Shown: positions 53,501 through 61,883 of the stretch, piece by piece
Position numbering within the stretch: position 1 is the first letter of the stretch
How the letters are laid out: every line of letters begins with the position of its first letter
NCBI GenBank assembly: GCA_038078835.1
Contig: JBBTQI010000005.1
Coordinates: 43,901-107,900, forward strand
From: Patescibacteria group bacterium
GTDB taxonomy: Bacteria; Patescibacteriota; UBA1384; XYA2-FULL-43-10; 1-14-0-10-43-13
Direction: 5' to 3'
DNA length: 64,000 nucleotides
The notes under the pieces: generated by a model
What the model was told of the DNA's origin: nothing
Databases searched by the model: none
The model's input: only the letters and a program-made list of their open reading frames with translations
Made by a program: the position numbers and the translations under genes

Positions 53501-55602
53501 CTTGAAGTCCACTGCGTCTGCGAGGGGGGATCAATACCATAATCCATCTCCAGAGAGGGCGATATTTCTATGGTAGGCAAGATATGTATTTTAACCGGAA
53601 TGGAATATTTTACCGCTCCGTCAAGCCGAAGCAGTATTGATGCACTATAGTATCCGGCCCGGACAATATCATTATCAACATTTAGAGTAAGTGTAAAACT
53701 GTCAGATGGCGCCAAATTTAAAGTTTCTTTGTTGGCACTCAAAACAACGCCGGCAATATCCGCACTGACAATAAGATCCACCGGATTTGCGGCCTGCCCC
53801 GTCTTGCTAATAGTAAAGGCCTGACTTGAAGCTGAGTATCTGTTTTGTGGGTTGCTGTCAACGCTCCAGTTTGAAGGAGAAGCGCTTAAATCTGATGTCT
53901 TCTGAAGCAACGAAGCAACATTAACCAGGCCGGCACCCTGAGCTTCATACTCCAAGCCCAGACTAATAGCAGAATCCTTTATTCTTTGCTTAATCTGTGC
54001 CGGTGTAAGTGTCGGCTCGGATTGTTTTAACAGCGCCGCCGCGCCGGCAAGGTGAGGTGTCGCCATACTGGTGCCGGAGAGTCTTACGTGAGTATCATTT
54101 AAGCAGGTATCCGCTTCTCCGGCAAAGGCTGTTCCCTGACGAGCGGCACAAATGCTTACTCCGGGCGCTGAAATATCAGGCTTTGGGATATCCTCCCCGT
54201 TATAATTTAGCGGCCCTCGAGAGCTAAATTCAGCGACCGCTTGAATACAGTAGCCATCTCCAATTTGTGACGGCTGGCAAGACGCCGCTACGGTTATGGC
54301 CGTTCTGGCCGTGCCGGGCGACTCTATTGTTGAATCTCTTGGGCCTGAATTTCCGGCAGCGACTACTACCACAACCCCCAAAGCAGAGATTTTATCAACC
54401 GCTTTGCTTGTCAGGTCGTCAGGGTTGCCGCGACCCCCCAAGCTTAAATTAACAACATCGAGACGATCCGAACTGTCGCCATTCTGATCAGGATCCCCCG
54501 ACCGTTCGATTGCCGCAATTACATCAGATATGAGGCCCGACCCATTAGTGTCTAGAACCTTATAGGCGACTACCGAGGCGTCCGGGGCAACGCCATCCAG
54601 CATCCCGCTGCCTGCCGCTATTGCCGCAACATGAGTTCCATGACCATGGTCATCTATCGGATCGTTATCACGTCCGACAAAATCATATCCGCCGATAACC
54701 TTACACCCTTCTCCCAGACAGCCACCTAAATCAGAATGAGAATAATCGACACCCGTGTCTATTATCCCTATTTTAATTCCCCTGCCCCTAATTGGATTGC
54801 TGTTATTATCAATAAAGTTATATACCTCGCCAGCATGGATTTCGGAAACCGAAGTATTAAGTGTCGCTCTCACCTGGCGGTCAAGCCAAACTCTTCTTAT
54901 ATCGGGACTCTGCCTAAGATCATCAACAGCATCTGCATTAATTTCAGCCGAAACAGCATTCGCAATCAACAGATCGTCCTTAATTAATCCGTTCGCTTTT
55001 CTTCTTAGAAAACCGTCCTCAAAAAGCCGTTTTGTTCTTCTTTTGTCTCGCTCCAATTCCTTCTCTATTTCTTTCTTTTCAGACAAGTCAGGCTCTTCGT
55101 AATAAGTTTTTCCTTTTTTTTCGTATTCGATAATCACCGGAACGGTTGTCTTGGGATCTTTTGCAAATCGATTCTCAATTGCCGGCTCGATTTTTTCTTC
55201 GCCCGTCCCGGCATCCTCTTCTAGATCTATAATAGTTGTGTCTGGCCCCTTGGGCACCAAATCGCCCCCGCCAAACAGCTGAGCATCAACATCGCCGGCC
55301 GCCTCGATGGTGTAGGTCGATCCCTCCGGCAGCAATATGTTTTCGCTTTTTTTCTCTCCGGTTTCATGAGGTTGTTTTTTTTGAACAATTGCCGCCTGCC
55401 CCGTCTCAAGATAAGATGAATTATTTGCGTTAGCCAGCGAGATTTTCTCCTTTCGAATCTGCTCCCGGGTTAAAACAAATGGCTCTGTTTTAAAATATCC
55501 TTGTGAATAAAAATAATACGCTGCTCCGACAACAAGAAGCGCAATAATTAGGATGCCAGCAACCAAGCGTTTTTTTTCTTTTACCTGCTTCAACAACCTC
55601 AT
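50542..55602 (-). CDS. Giant (1686 aa) membrane-anchored S8 subtilisin-like serine peptidase with extensive C-terminal beta-rich domains
   Basis: N-terminal TM; catalytic triad blocks IIDTGVDYSHSDL, HGTHVAAIAAG, GTSMATPHLAGAAALL. Confidence 0.85.
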   Translation of the reverse strand: MRLLKQVKEKKRLVAGILIIALLVVGAAYYFYSQGYFKTEPFVLTREQIRKEKISLANANNSSYLETGQAAIVQKKQPHETGEKKSENILLPEGSTYTIEAAGDVDAQLFGGGDLVPKGPDTTIIDLEEDAGTGEEKIEPAIENRFAKDPKTTVPVIIEYEKKGKTYYEEPDLSEKKEIEKELERDKRRTKRLFEDGFLRRKANGLIKDDLLIANAVSAEINADAVDDLRQSPDIRRVWLDRQVRATLNTSVSEIHAGEVYNFIDNNSNPIRGRGIKIGIIDTGVDYSHSDLGGCLGEGCKVIGGYDFVGRDNDPIDDHGHGTHVAAIAAGSGMLDGVAPDASVVAYKVLDTNGSGLISDVIAAIERSGDPDQNGDSSDRLDVVNLSLGGRGNPDDLTSKAVDKISALGVVVVVAAGNSGPRDSTIESPGTARTAITVAASCQPSQIGDGYCIQAVAEFSSRGPLNYNGEDIPKPDISAPGVSICAARQGTAFAGEADTCLNDTHVRLSGTSMATPHLAGAAALLKQSEPTLTPAQIKQRIKDSAISLGLEYEAQGAGLVNVASLLQKTSDLSASPSNWSVDSNPQNRYSASSQAFTISKTGQAANPVDLIVSADIAGVVLSANKETLNLAPSDSFTLTLNVDNDIVRAGYYSASILLRLDGAVKYSIPVKIHILPTIEISPSLEMDYGIDPPSQTQWTSSRNFTLKNFRTDISKEVPFSLSQFPSAVAITGEAASAVTLLPSETREVPVAISVANGNLANGQYKGIMIAGDYKIHVKFTKYFKAVAKMINLPASSNQLVVRAESFFYDRSNQQNDWANDIVEKFVTEGDNDIFTDGSGPYDVITRVSVLHYDPNFVGSSTYFIFNESLKQNDGDGSIEFTVDFNSANHKVKKEFKDINGNRINDLGSYSMGAFYRPHGRGIRLYGTWSWNEPNDSFFNDFYFSDMSSDYSFGLVSVREPQPTQVAHLFSLSFNGINDDILIKNEPSDFITREIDVRNTDYYQSKYPTDILNSVLSVIYAPLGGGSAFTAFISRKSSRVWNTVRIYALPFEDMVGQHSILSKDRGMPVQHSYQFNPSSNKITSYYFADESRIRTLVGGRFQSGFTPKHWNGMFVDNFYRLNVWTYWPADSSYFIGQDYSVTDSDASKIRLVKEGTEVVNKNLSGFMIGDYPKIIEEFSQFSNIPGSVYEFYHDSLISHVDGKEFHAKVYAKFDSGKTDPNPPSIARLNFFTAGKYSEFYYPQKSNSLEFELDDGGLGEYKAVANVNSAYSTDGTNFNDMALVLADLGGYKAEIPVGLTTNDIITFRIGGFDESGNLLEYTFEVPVKTNPSVTLSVSREFNRDVPIPVTAVFDRAVSGFELSDIQVVNGTVSGLTTADNKEYSFFVYPINQGNVSVNILANTANDSEGNGNIASSQLTLFYDSVAPVVSAGADKSVSGAFTQEGSATDPAPGSGIASYSWSKVSGPGNVSFGQPNSPVTAVQTDGPGRYTLRLAAVDKANNSASDDFVLTSTLPPPPPAAVSLLANGQDNQITVERGSAVNISWNLTSVTTCTPLSGDSGWRAQLISSTNLTGIYSTTVNTNTRFVLRCNSAAGTVEDSVVVSTIMIVSLEAGDCYFGGNNAIEASLFCQDDIIVDDPGNVEFRGSFVANKFDIAGINNVRFVYDYMLSQFWPPGFRYLNIPLTKEK

Positions 55603-55614
55603 TCTGGTTTCAGT

Positions 55615-56481
55615 TTAATTTTCTAAAGCAACAATCCCAAGCTGATCGCTTTCTTTGGCACGTTTTATTTTGGTCATAACAGGAACGGTTAATCTGCCCT
55701 TAATAATAATTGTGCCGCGGCCATGGTAGGTGTAGATCTGATTAGGATTTAATACTAAATCGCCGTTCACTATCCACGTCTTACCCTCGGGGTAATTGGC
55801 GGCATCGCTGTTATCCATATCGGCAATGCCGGAGATTCCCCCGTTATCCTTGCCCTGCAGATGCCACTCCGTTTGCGATGCCAGAATTGCGGCATTAACC
55901 GGCGGCGCCTCGGCGGCCAGAACTTTCATCTTCTTCTCAAATGACCGATAAGCCTCGCCGGAGATGGCGGATTGGGATTGGTTATTGAGTGAATAGTTCT
56001 CCACCTGCCAGGTGGCGTCGACAATCTCGGAGAGAGTGCGGCCGGATTGGGCCAAATTCTTGCCCCAGTATTTGAAGTTATCCGCGCCGTAAGTGTCGCC
56101 GATGACGGTCGTTTCCCTGGGATAAAACAGTGTTGCCAGTTCGGTTTTCGGTTTATCGTTAATGTAGCTCTTGCCGGTCATTGCCTTGAGGCCGACATTG
56201 AGGCCGGCCGGCACGGTCACGCCAGTAAAACAAGCCGGGGTTTCCAGGTTGCAACCGGCAATACTTTCATTAAAGCCAAAGAGAATATCGGGGTAAAAGT
56301 TAATCACCGCCTCATTCCCCTGCCACCCGCCGTAATAGGTCTTTTGGTTTGGCGTGCCGGGTTCCTGCACCAATGTAGTCTGACCGACCATCACCTCGGG
56401 TAAGCGATAAGACGCTGCCCTGACGGACGAGAAAGGCAAAATCAGGATTGTAAATAATGACAAAATACCAAAATATTTCAT
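55615..56481 (-). CDS. Hypothetical secreted protein
   Basis: Signal peptide MKYFGILSLFTILILPFSSVRA (track ORF trimmed). Confidence 0.55.
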   Translation of the reverse strand: MKYFGILSLFTILILPFSSVRAASYRLPEVMVGQTTLVQEPGTPNQKTYYGGWQGNEAVINFYPDILFGFNESIAGCNLETPACFTGVTVPAGLNVGLKAMTGKSYINDKPKTELATLFYPRETTVIGDTYGADNFKYWGKNLAQSGRTLSEIVDATWQVENYSLNNQSQSAISGEAYRSFEKKMKVLAAEAPPVNAAILASQTEWHLQGKDNGGISGIADMDNSDAANYPEGKTWIVNGDLVLNPNQIYTYHGRGTIIIKGRLTVPVMTKIKRAKESDQLGIVALEN

Positions 56482-58964
56482 TGCACCTTGCACTCATAAA
56501 CAAATTCTTCCGATGCCTGTACCGGCGTTCTTTGCCAAACATACGTGTCGCCTTCACGCACCCCGGCCGGATTAGCATAGGCGGTCGGCAAACATTTTTC
56601 CCCCGAAGATGATTTGAGGAGTTCGTCGGTAATTTTAACCGACAAGCCGGGCGTCAGTTGTTCGACTCGAAGATGAACATATATCGTGTCTCCAACCTGC
56701 AGAGCGTAGGGATTAAAATCGCCTCCTTGTCCCGGCCGATCCCTTGCTTCAAGCCATTTTTTGATAGCAATACCCTGATCGGCCTCGGTTTTATTAACCA
56801 GAGCGATCACACCCTTCTCCGCACCGGTGGCAGAGATCCCGCTATCCTGCTGACAGATCGTGTGAACATCGATCTTTGATTTGATTGTATCGTAACTTTG
56901 AGCGCTTTTACTGTAAACAATCGTGACATAGCCGCCGCTGCCGCCGGAGATCTTGCTGCAGAAATTAGGATCGGACCAGCTGATTTCCTCGGTTTGCTCG
57001 CTTTTAGCCGATATCGGCAAGTTCGCCGGAGTATTGGCAGTAATGCTTATTTCCCCGACCTTAATAACAATTTTTCCGGCCGCACCGTAGGCATGGTATT
57101 TATTCCGGGGCGCCGATTCCGGGTAATAGCCGACAAAACCGGCTGTGCTGTCCGCGCCGATAAAATCAAAGGCCGAAAAACCAACGATCTCCAGCTTGTT
57201 AGCCGTCAACTTTAGCGCGCCGCCGCCCGAGCCGCCGGTCATAAAATAACGTATGGGATCAATAAGTTCAGAAGAACCGCCGCCGCCCGAGCCGATATAA
57301 GGCTGGTTAATTGAAATAATCATCTCGCCGGCATCACTATAATGGGTGGGCTCGCCCTTTGCCGCGGCATCAGTACACACCAGCGCCCGACAGGAGGAAC
57401 CGCTCCGGCTGTGCCAGCCGCCGCCGCCCGGACCATTAAGGGGATTAACAAAGGGATTAATACTGGCACCGACTGATAGTCCGCCGCCCAATCCGGCTCC
57501 GCGCTCATTTTCGGTAAGGGCACTGCTGTGGCCGTAACCCCAGCCCGGGTAGCCGACACCGTTCAAGTCGATCAGCGGCTGGGACGGTCCGCCGCCGCCA
57601 TCAAGTGTGACGGTGCCGGCAACATTTAACGTCAAACCGGAGTAGATCCGCCGCTCAGCCGTCCCGCCGGGCAAGTCAAAGGCATGATAGTTTAGAGGCC
57701 AATTGCCGTGACGGGAGGAAACATAGCGCGTCGGAGCGTTTATCTCCGTCCGCGAGTCACCCAGGGGGGTAGCATCCTGCAGTGCGCCGGCGGCATTGTT
57801 GGCCCCATAGGTTAGGCGAAATTTATTTGATTCGTTCGGGTAATAAATTCCGTATCGAGCACCAGCCAGATCAACACCAACATCCATCTCCGCCTTTTCA
57901 GCCGTTTTCCGATAATCATCGTTAAAGTTAAGTGACTGGAGGTTGAACCCCCGATTTAAATAATAGGCAAATTTTAATTTACCATTCACATTGGAACTGT
58001 CAGTGGAATATTGAGAACTTAACAAGTAATCGTGGGAACGAATGTACCAATTGTTGGTGCCCGCGACGTTCCGGAGGTTGGTTTGGAAAAGGCTGAGATT
58101 GGCGGAACCGGTGGTATTAACAAACCTGGCCCGGAACTGCAAAACCTTCTGGCTCCCGCTGCTGTTGCACATATCAACCGGAGTACCCACCTGACCAAAG
58201 GTAGTGTTAACATTGGACCCGTACGCTGCCGGATTGTTGCTTCTCCGATAAACAGTCCACCAGCGGTCCTGGTAAACCTGAATCTGAACGGCGTCGTCAA
58301 CCGCCGGATCACTTGATTGTTCGCTAATTCGATCTGCCTCATACGGCATATTAGACGGAAGAATATTAGTCGGCGCAAAGTGCAGCCAAGCGCACTGGCT
58401 GTTCGAAGGAAGAAACAGGTAACCCTCAAATTCCGCCCCCCAGTAACCCTTGGTGTACATCGGGCGGTTTAGCTTGCCCTCGGCATCAGCGTAGGGTTGG
58501 GTAATGCGGCCATTATCCTTAACGGTGATGTTTCCGAAGTTTTGCTCGCCCTCCATAATAACGGTAGCGCCGGTGATTGTTAAATTCTTATCAAGGCCAG
58601 CTATATTACAAGGGGAAACCCTGCTGGGCGGCGTAGTACTGTAATCATCACAAACGATTGGTTGCGCCAAGTATGAATAATGGCGGATATCTACTCCGGA
58701 AATTATATCAGGATTGGGAATGGCATAAATCACGCCGTTCTTGTCAACAACATAATTTCGGTAATCCAATCTTGAATCAGAACCAAAGATTTCAACATTG
58801 CCGCTGCCCCCATAGTTCATCCTCACCGCCGCTTCTGTTACCTGCGGCTTATCCAGAACAACCAGTTGAACCAAAATGGCCGTGACAAAAAGACCGGCGA
58901 TGATGGTTGCCAGTCTGATCCGGCGGCGTTTGGCAAAACGTTCCGAGAGCGAAATCTGCGCCAT
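56478..58964 (-). CDS. Large (828 aa) TM-anchored extracellular protein with Gly-rich GGGG/GSGGG segments
   Basis: N-terminal TM anchor; beta-rich, Gly-rich repeats. Confidence 0.6.
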   Translation of the reverse strand: MAQISLSERFAKRRRIRLATIIAGLFVTAILVQLVVLDKPQVTEAAVRMNYGGSGNVEIFGSDSRLDYRNYVVDKNGVIYAIPNPDIISGVDIRHYSYLAQPIVCDDYSTTPPSRVSPCNIAGLDKNLTITGATVIMEGEQNFGNITVKDNGRITQPYADAEGKLNRPMYTKGYWGAEFEGYLFLPSNSQCAWLHFAPTNILPSNMPYEADRISEQSSDPAVDDAVQIQVYQDRWWTVYRRSNNPAAYGSNVNTTFGQVGTPVDMCNSSGSQKVLQFRARFVNTTGSANLSLFQTNLRNVAGTNNWYIRSHDYLLSSQYSTDSSNVNGKLKFAYYLNRGFNLQSLNFNDDYRKTAEKAEMDVGVDLAGARYGIYYPNESNKFRLTYGANNAAGALQDATPLGDSRTEINAPTRYVSSRHGNWPLNYHAFDLPGGTAERRIYSGLTLNVAGTVTLDGGGGPSQPLIDLNGVGYPGWGYGHSSALTENERGAGLGGGLSVGASINPFVNPLNGPGGGGWHSRSGSSCRALVCTDAAAKGEPTHYSDAGEMIISINQPYIGSGGGGSSELIDPIRYFMTGGSGGGALKLTANKLEIVGFSAFDFIGADSTAGFVGYYPESAPRNKYHAYGAAGKIVIKVGEISITANTPANLPISAKSEQTEEISWSDPNFCSKISGGSGGYVTIVYSKSAQSYDTIKSKIDVHTICQQDSGISATGAEKGVIALVNKTEADQGIAIKKWLEARDRPGQGGDFNPYALQVGDTIYVHLRVEQLTPGLSVKITDELLKSSSGEKCLPTAYANPAGVREGDTYVWQRTPVQASEEFVYECKVQ

Positions 58965-59102
58965 AAACCCCTCACTTTAAAAACCACAAGCACTAAATCC
59001 AAATTACTTACCATTATAGAACAAGCAGCAACTGTTGACAATAAGCCAAAGTAAAAGTATAAATGGTTGCTTATCTGATTATTTAAACCGAAAGGAGAAA
59101 TC

Positions 59103-59651
59103 GTGGTAATACGCACATACCTACACCGGATCATCCGCACCGGATTTTTGCTCTCTGCCGGGTTGGTTGTAGCGGCGGCGGCGGGCCAGTTTGCCAGGGG
59201 CGAGGAGATGCCAACCAAGCGGCCGATTGAGCAACCGCTGATGAAGAAATTTACGAAGAAGGCAAAGAGGAACCGGATTATCGTTCAGACAAACAAGGAG
59301 GTCTATGCCCCCGGCGAATCAGTCGTTTTCACGATTATAAACAAAAGCAAACAAACGGTCTTTCTTCGCAACTCCGCCCCCTGGCAAGTCGTTAACTTCC
59401 GCGCCGCCGCCGTCTTTACTCCGATTGCTGTCCAAGCCATTGTCCCGCTCTATCCCGGACAAGAAAAAAGCTGGGTCTGGCAACAGAATGGCAACCAAGC
59501 AAAACCGATTCTCCCCGAAAACTACCAAATAGTTTTCCCCCGTCTTGGCGCCGCCTCTCCCCCCTTTTCCATCACATCCGCCCTCAGACCGCCCTTCGTG
59601 CCTCTGCCGCTTGATCCCCCCTTCAAAATGCCCCAGATATTTCCTGGCTAA
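59103..59651 (+). CDS. Hypothetical secreted protein (GTG start)
   Basis: AAGGAG RBS; signal peptide; terminator after the stop. Confidence 0.55.
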   Translation: MVIRTYLHRIIRTGFLLSAGLVVAAAAGQFARGEEMPTKRPIEQPLMKKFTKKAKRNRIIVQTNKEVYAPGESVVFTIINKSKQTVFLRNSAPWQVVNFRAAAVFTPIAVQAIVPLYPGQEKSWVWQQNGNQAKPILPENYQIVFPRLGAASPPFSITSALRPPFVPLPLDPPFKMPQIFPG

Positions 59652-59675
59652 GACAAGAAATTTTCATCTTATAGC

Positions 59676-59706
59676 GACCCGGGTCGTTTTCCGGCCCGGG
59701 TTTTTT
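59676..59706 (+). terminator. Rho-independent terminator (cccggg stem + TTTTTT)
   Basis: gacccgggtcgttttccggcccgggtttttt. Confidence 0.5.
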
Positions 59707-59743
59707 CCTTGGGACCAGAAATGAGATTAATTTGTGCACCTCG

Positions 59744-59772
59744 TTGATTTATTCGGCGCAAAATGTTACAAT
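59744..59772 (+). promoter_or_regulatory. Sigma70-like promoter of the tRNA-rpmG-tRNA cluster (TTGATT, 17 nt, TACAAT)
   Basis: TTGATTtattcggcgcaaaatgtTACAAT about 30 nt upstream of tRNA-Thr. Confidence 0.55.
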
Positions 59773-59804
59773 TACAGACGTTGCGGGGATATTTTTTGGT
59801 TTCT

Positions 59805-59880
59805 GCCGATGTAGCTCAGCTGGTAGAGCACACCCTTGGTAAGGGTGAGGTCACGGATTCGAGCTCCGTCATCGGCTCCA
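59805..59880 (+). tRNA. tRNA-Thr (anticodon GGT)
   Basis: Cloverleaf, anticodon loop TTGGTAA, canonical TTCGAGC T-loop, encoded CCA. Confidence 0.85.
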
Positions 59881-59885
59881 TCCGT

Positions 59886-59971
59886 GCCGGGTTGGCGGAG
59901 TAGTCAATCGCACTTGACTGTAAATCAAGCGCCTTCGGGCTTCGGGAGTGCAAATCTCTCACCCGGCACCA
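59886..59971 (+). tRNA. tRNA-Tyr (anticodon GTA), long variable arm
   Basis: Anticodon loop CTGTAAA; variable hairpin gcc-ttcg-ggc; acceptor GCCGGGT/ACCCGGC; CCA. Confidence 0.8.
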
Positions 59972-59972
59972 C

Positions 59973-60047
59973 GCCGTCTTAGCTCAACGGTAGAGCAACT
60001 GTTTTGTAAACAGTAGGTTATCGGTTCAAATCCGATAGACGGCTCCA
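59973..60047 (+). tRNA. tRNA-Thr (anticodon TGT)
   Basis: Anticodon loop TTTGTAA; T-loop TTCAAAT; CCA. Confidence 0.85.
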
Positions 60048-60054
60048 CGAAATA

Positions 60055-60157
60055 AGTATTATGTATCAAGCAGTTATTCAGCAAGTTAGCGTGCTAGCAA
60101 GTTAGCTAATTAGCTAGCCTGCTAAGGTACTAGATTGCTAGGCGGAAAGGAAATATT
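60055..60157 (+). promoter_or_regulatory. TAGC-rich promoter/leader module upstream of rpmG (near-identical to rplL upstream module)
   Basis: ...cagcaagttagcgtgctagcaagttagctaattagctagcctgctaaggtactagattgctaggcggaaaggaaatattATG. Confidence 0.5.
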
Positions 60158-60325
60158 ATGGCCAAAGAAGCACGAAAATTAGTTACTCTTGAGTGTACTG
60201 AATGCAAATCAAGAAATTACCACACAGAGAAACGCCTTAAAGGACAGGGTGTGATTTCTCGTTTGGAGTTTGAAAAATACTGCCCGAAAGATCGCAAGAG
60301 AACTGTACATAAAGAGACAAAATAA
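60158..60325 (+). CDS. rpmG: 50S ribosomal protein L33 (55 aa; below the ORF-track length cutoff)
   Basis: [55 protein letters not shown]; zinc-ribbon CxxC...C; classic tRNA-rpmG-tRNA-Trp context. Confidence 0.85.
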   Translation: MAKEARKLVTLECTECKSRNYHTEKRLKGQGVISRLEFEKYCPKDRKRTVHKETK

Positions 60326-60404
60326 GTGTGAAAGTTAATAGAGGAAGGGAATCTATTATATAAATCTGCTTCCATTAAACTTGGCACTTTCACACTTTCA
60401 CACT
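60324..60404. repeat. AAGTGTGAAAG...CTTTCACACT hairpin, copy 2 (rpmG / tRNA-Trp spacer)
   Basis: Shared termini with 25436..25484, including cttggNactttcacact. Confidence 0.45.
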
Positions 60405-60409
60405 CACTC

Positions 60410-60485
60410 AGGGGAGTAGCTCAATTGGTAGAGTAACGGTCTCCAAAACCGTCGGTTGTGGGTCCGAGTCCCGCCTCCCCTGCCA
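60410..60485 (+). tRNA. tRNA-Trp (anticodon CCA)
   Basis: Anticodon loop CTCCAAA; acceptor AGGGGAG/CTCCCCT; TCCGAGT T-loop as in tRNA-Ala. Confidence 0.85.
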
Positions 60486-60487
60486 AT

Positions 60488-60518
60488 AAAATCCCATTCT
60501 AAAAAATGGGATTTTATT
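60488..60518 (+). terminator. Rho-independent terminator (aaaatcccat-tctaaaaa-atgggatttt + T)
   Basis: 10-bp perfect stem then TTATTG. Confidence 0.6.
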
Positions 60519-60543
60519 GATTAATTAGCCGCATTTTAGTAGT

Positions 60544-60759
60544 ATGATGGTACTATGCAAGAAAAATTGGAAAAACTGGCGGGAGACTGGAAGTCGCGGC
60601 AATGGTTTAAAATTTGTCAGAGAAAACGTCAGTTTGAAAAATTATCATCTGGTGTTTATCTCCGGCCAGGCAGCAGCGTCATTGAATGATAAAATGGAGA
60701 TTGAAGGAACAGAAAGACCTGTCCATGGCACGCTAGCAATTATCGAGAAGACAATATGA
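60544..60759 (+). CDS. Uncertain small ORF upstream of the STAS-like gene (71-aa frame overlapping ATGA; a 44-aa alternative frame from 60556 is equally plausible)
   Basis: No SD for either frame. Confidence 0.25.
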   Translation: MMVLCKKNWKNWRETGSRGNGLKFVRENVSLKNYHLVFISGQAAASLNDKMEIEGTERPVHGTLAIIEKTI

Positions 60760-61037
60760 AAATTGAATTAAAAAAATTTGGCGAATTATTGATTTCCCGG
60801 CCGGCCGGCAGAGAGGCATTTTTAGCAATGTCTGCCTACCTAACTCGGGATCTTCGGGAAGACGAGACAATCGAGCTGGATTTCTCCGGCGTGAAGGTTT
60901 TGACTCCATCTTGGGCTGACGAAGTGATTACAAAACTGGCAGAAAAATTTCCGCATATTCAACTCGCAAATACCGACAATGCAACCGTCCAGGCAACTCT
61001 AAAAACCTTGAGGGAATATTCCGGTTTAAAACTCTGA
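60756..61037 (+). CDS. STAS-like (DUF4325 / anti-sigma-antagonist fold) small protein
   Basis: 93 aa, ...IELDFSGVKVLTPSWADEVITKL... typical STAS-like pattern. Confidence 0.55.
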   Translation: MKIELKKFGELLISRPAGREAFLAMSAYLTRDLREDETIELDFSGVKVLTPSWADEVITKLAEKFPHIQLANTDNATVQATLKTLREYSGLKL

Positions 61038-61320
61038 CTTGCTCAAAAATTAATTTTTCCCTTCGCTTATCACATCCTGCCAAAAATAACTCAGCAATTG
61101 CCGGGTTATTTTTGTGGTACTCAAATTTTAAACTCTTATCGTAAAATTGGCAGCTAATTGAGGAGTGTTCCCGGTTCCCCCGGTTCCGCAACTCTCGCAA
61201 CCCCCTGTTATAACCGAGGGGATCGCGATGTATGGCCGCGCTGATAACAACTCGCACTCTGGCAATATTTAGTGTTTTCTGCTAAATTAGCCTTGCCACT
61301 ACGGCGGAGGGAGAGAACCG

Positions 61321-61746
61321 ATGCTGATAATGCCGACGGGCGCAATGCACGCCCATATCACGTTAGGTCAGGATGAGACTGTGCGGATCAAGTTCACGGA
61401 CGACAACCGACCCAGTCTCTCGATTGCGGTCGGAAGGGATGGTAAGATCTCGCTCAATGGCGAGGGACTCACGCCTGACAACTTCTCGCTCACCGAAAGA
61501 ACTCCGCTCGACTGGAAGGAGACGAGAGATCCGGTCAGGGAGATAGCAGGACATAGTCTTGTCCTTTTGCTCGAGGGCAAGGATGAACAGGTCTCGGCCC
61601 GCGATCTGCAAACCGACCTCAGATACTTCGCCACCCGGGTGAGGCAGATCTGCACTGATGTGCCCAGTCGGATCCTGGACCACCAGCGCCGCCGGAAGAT
61701 TATCGAGATCCTCTGTCAGCTTGATAAAGCATTCCAGCAGTTCTGA
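61321..61746 (+). CDS. Hypothetical protein (141 aa)
   Basis: GGAGGG RBS; terminator follows. Confidence 0.5.
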   Translation: MLIMPTGAMHAHITLGQDETVRIKFTDDNRPSLSIAVGRDGKISLNGEGLTPDNFSLTERTPLDWKETRDPVREIAGHSLVLLLEGKDEQVSARDLQTDLRYFATRVRQICTDVPSRILDHQRRRKIIEILCQLDKAFQQF

Positions 61747-61762
61747 TCGTCTCCACCCACCC

Positions 61763-61797
61763 GGCCTCAGCCGCCGCGCGCTGAGGCCATTTTTTTA
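61763..61797 (+). terminator. Rho-independent terminator (ggcctcag-ccgccgcgcg-ctgaggcc + TTTTTTT)
   Basis: 8-bp stem and T-run. Confidence 0.65.
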
Positions 61798-61883
61798 TCA
61801 CAAAAATCCAGGCGCTTAGTCCTGGATTAGGTCGTCGCTTTTCGGTTCAACACTGCTCCCTGTTTATTATTCAATGCAAAAAA

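Noticed and set aside
60158-60325. Apparent frameshift near the 3' end of rpmG
   Set aside because: Caused by misreading a line boundary; re-reading gives an intact 55-aa L33 ending ...KRTVHKETK.
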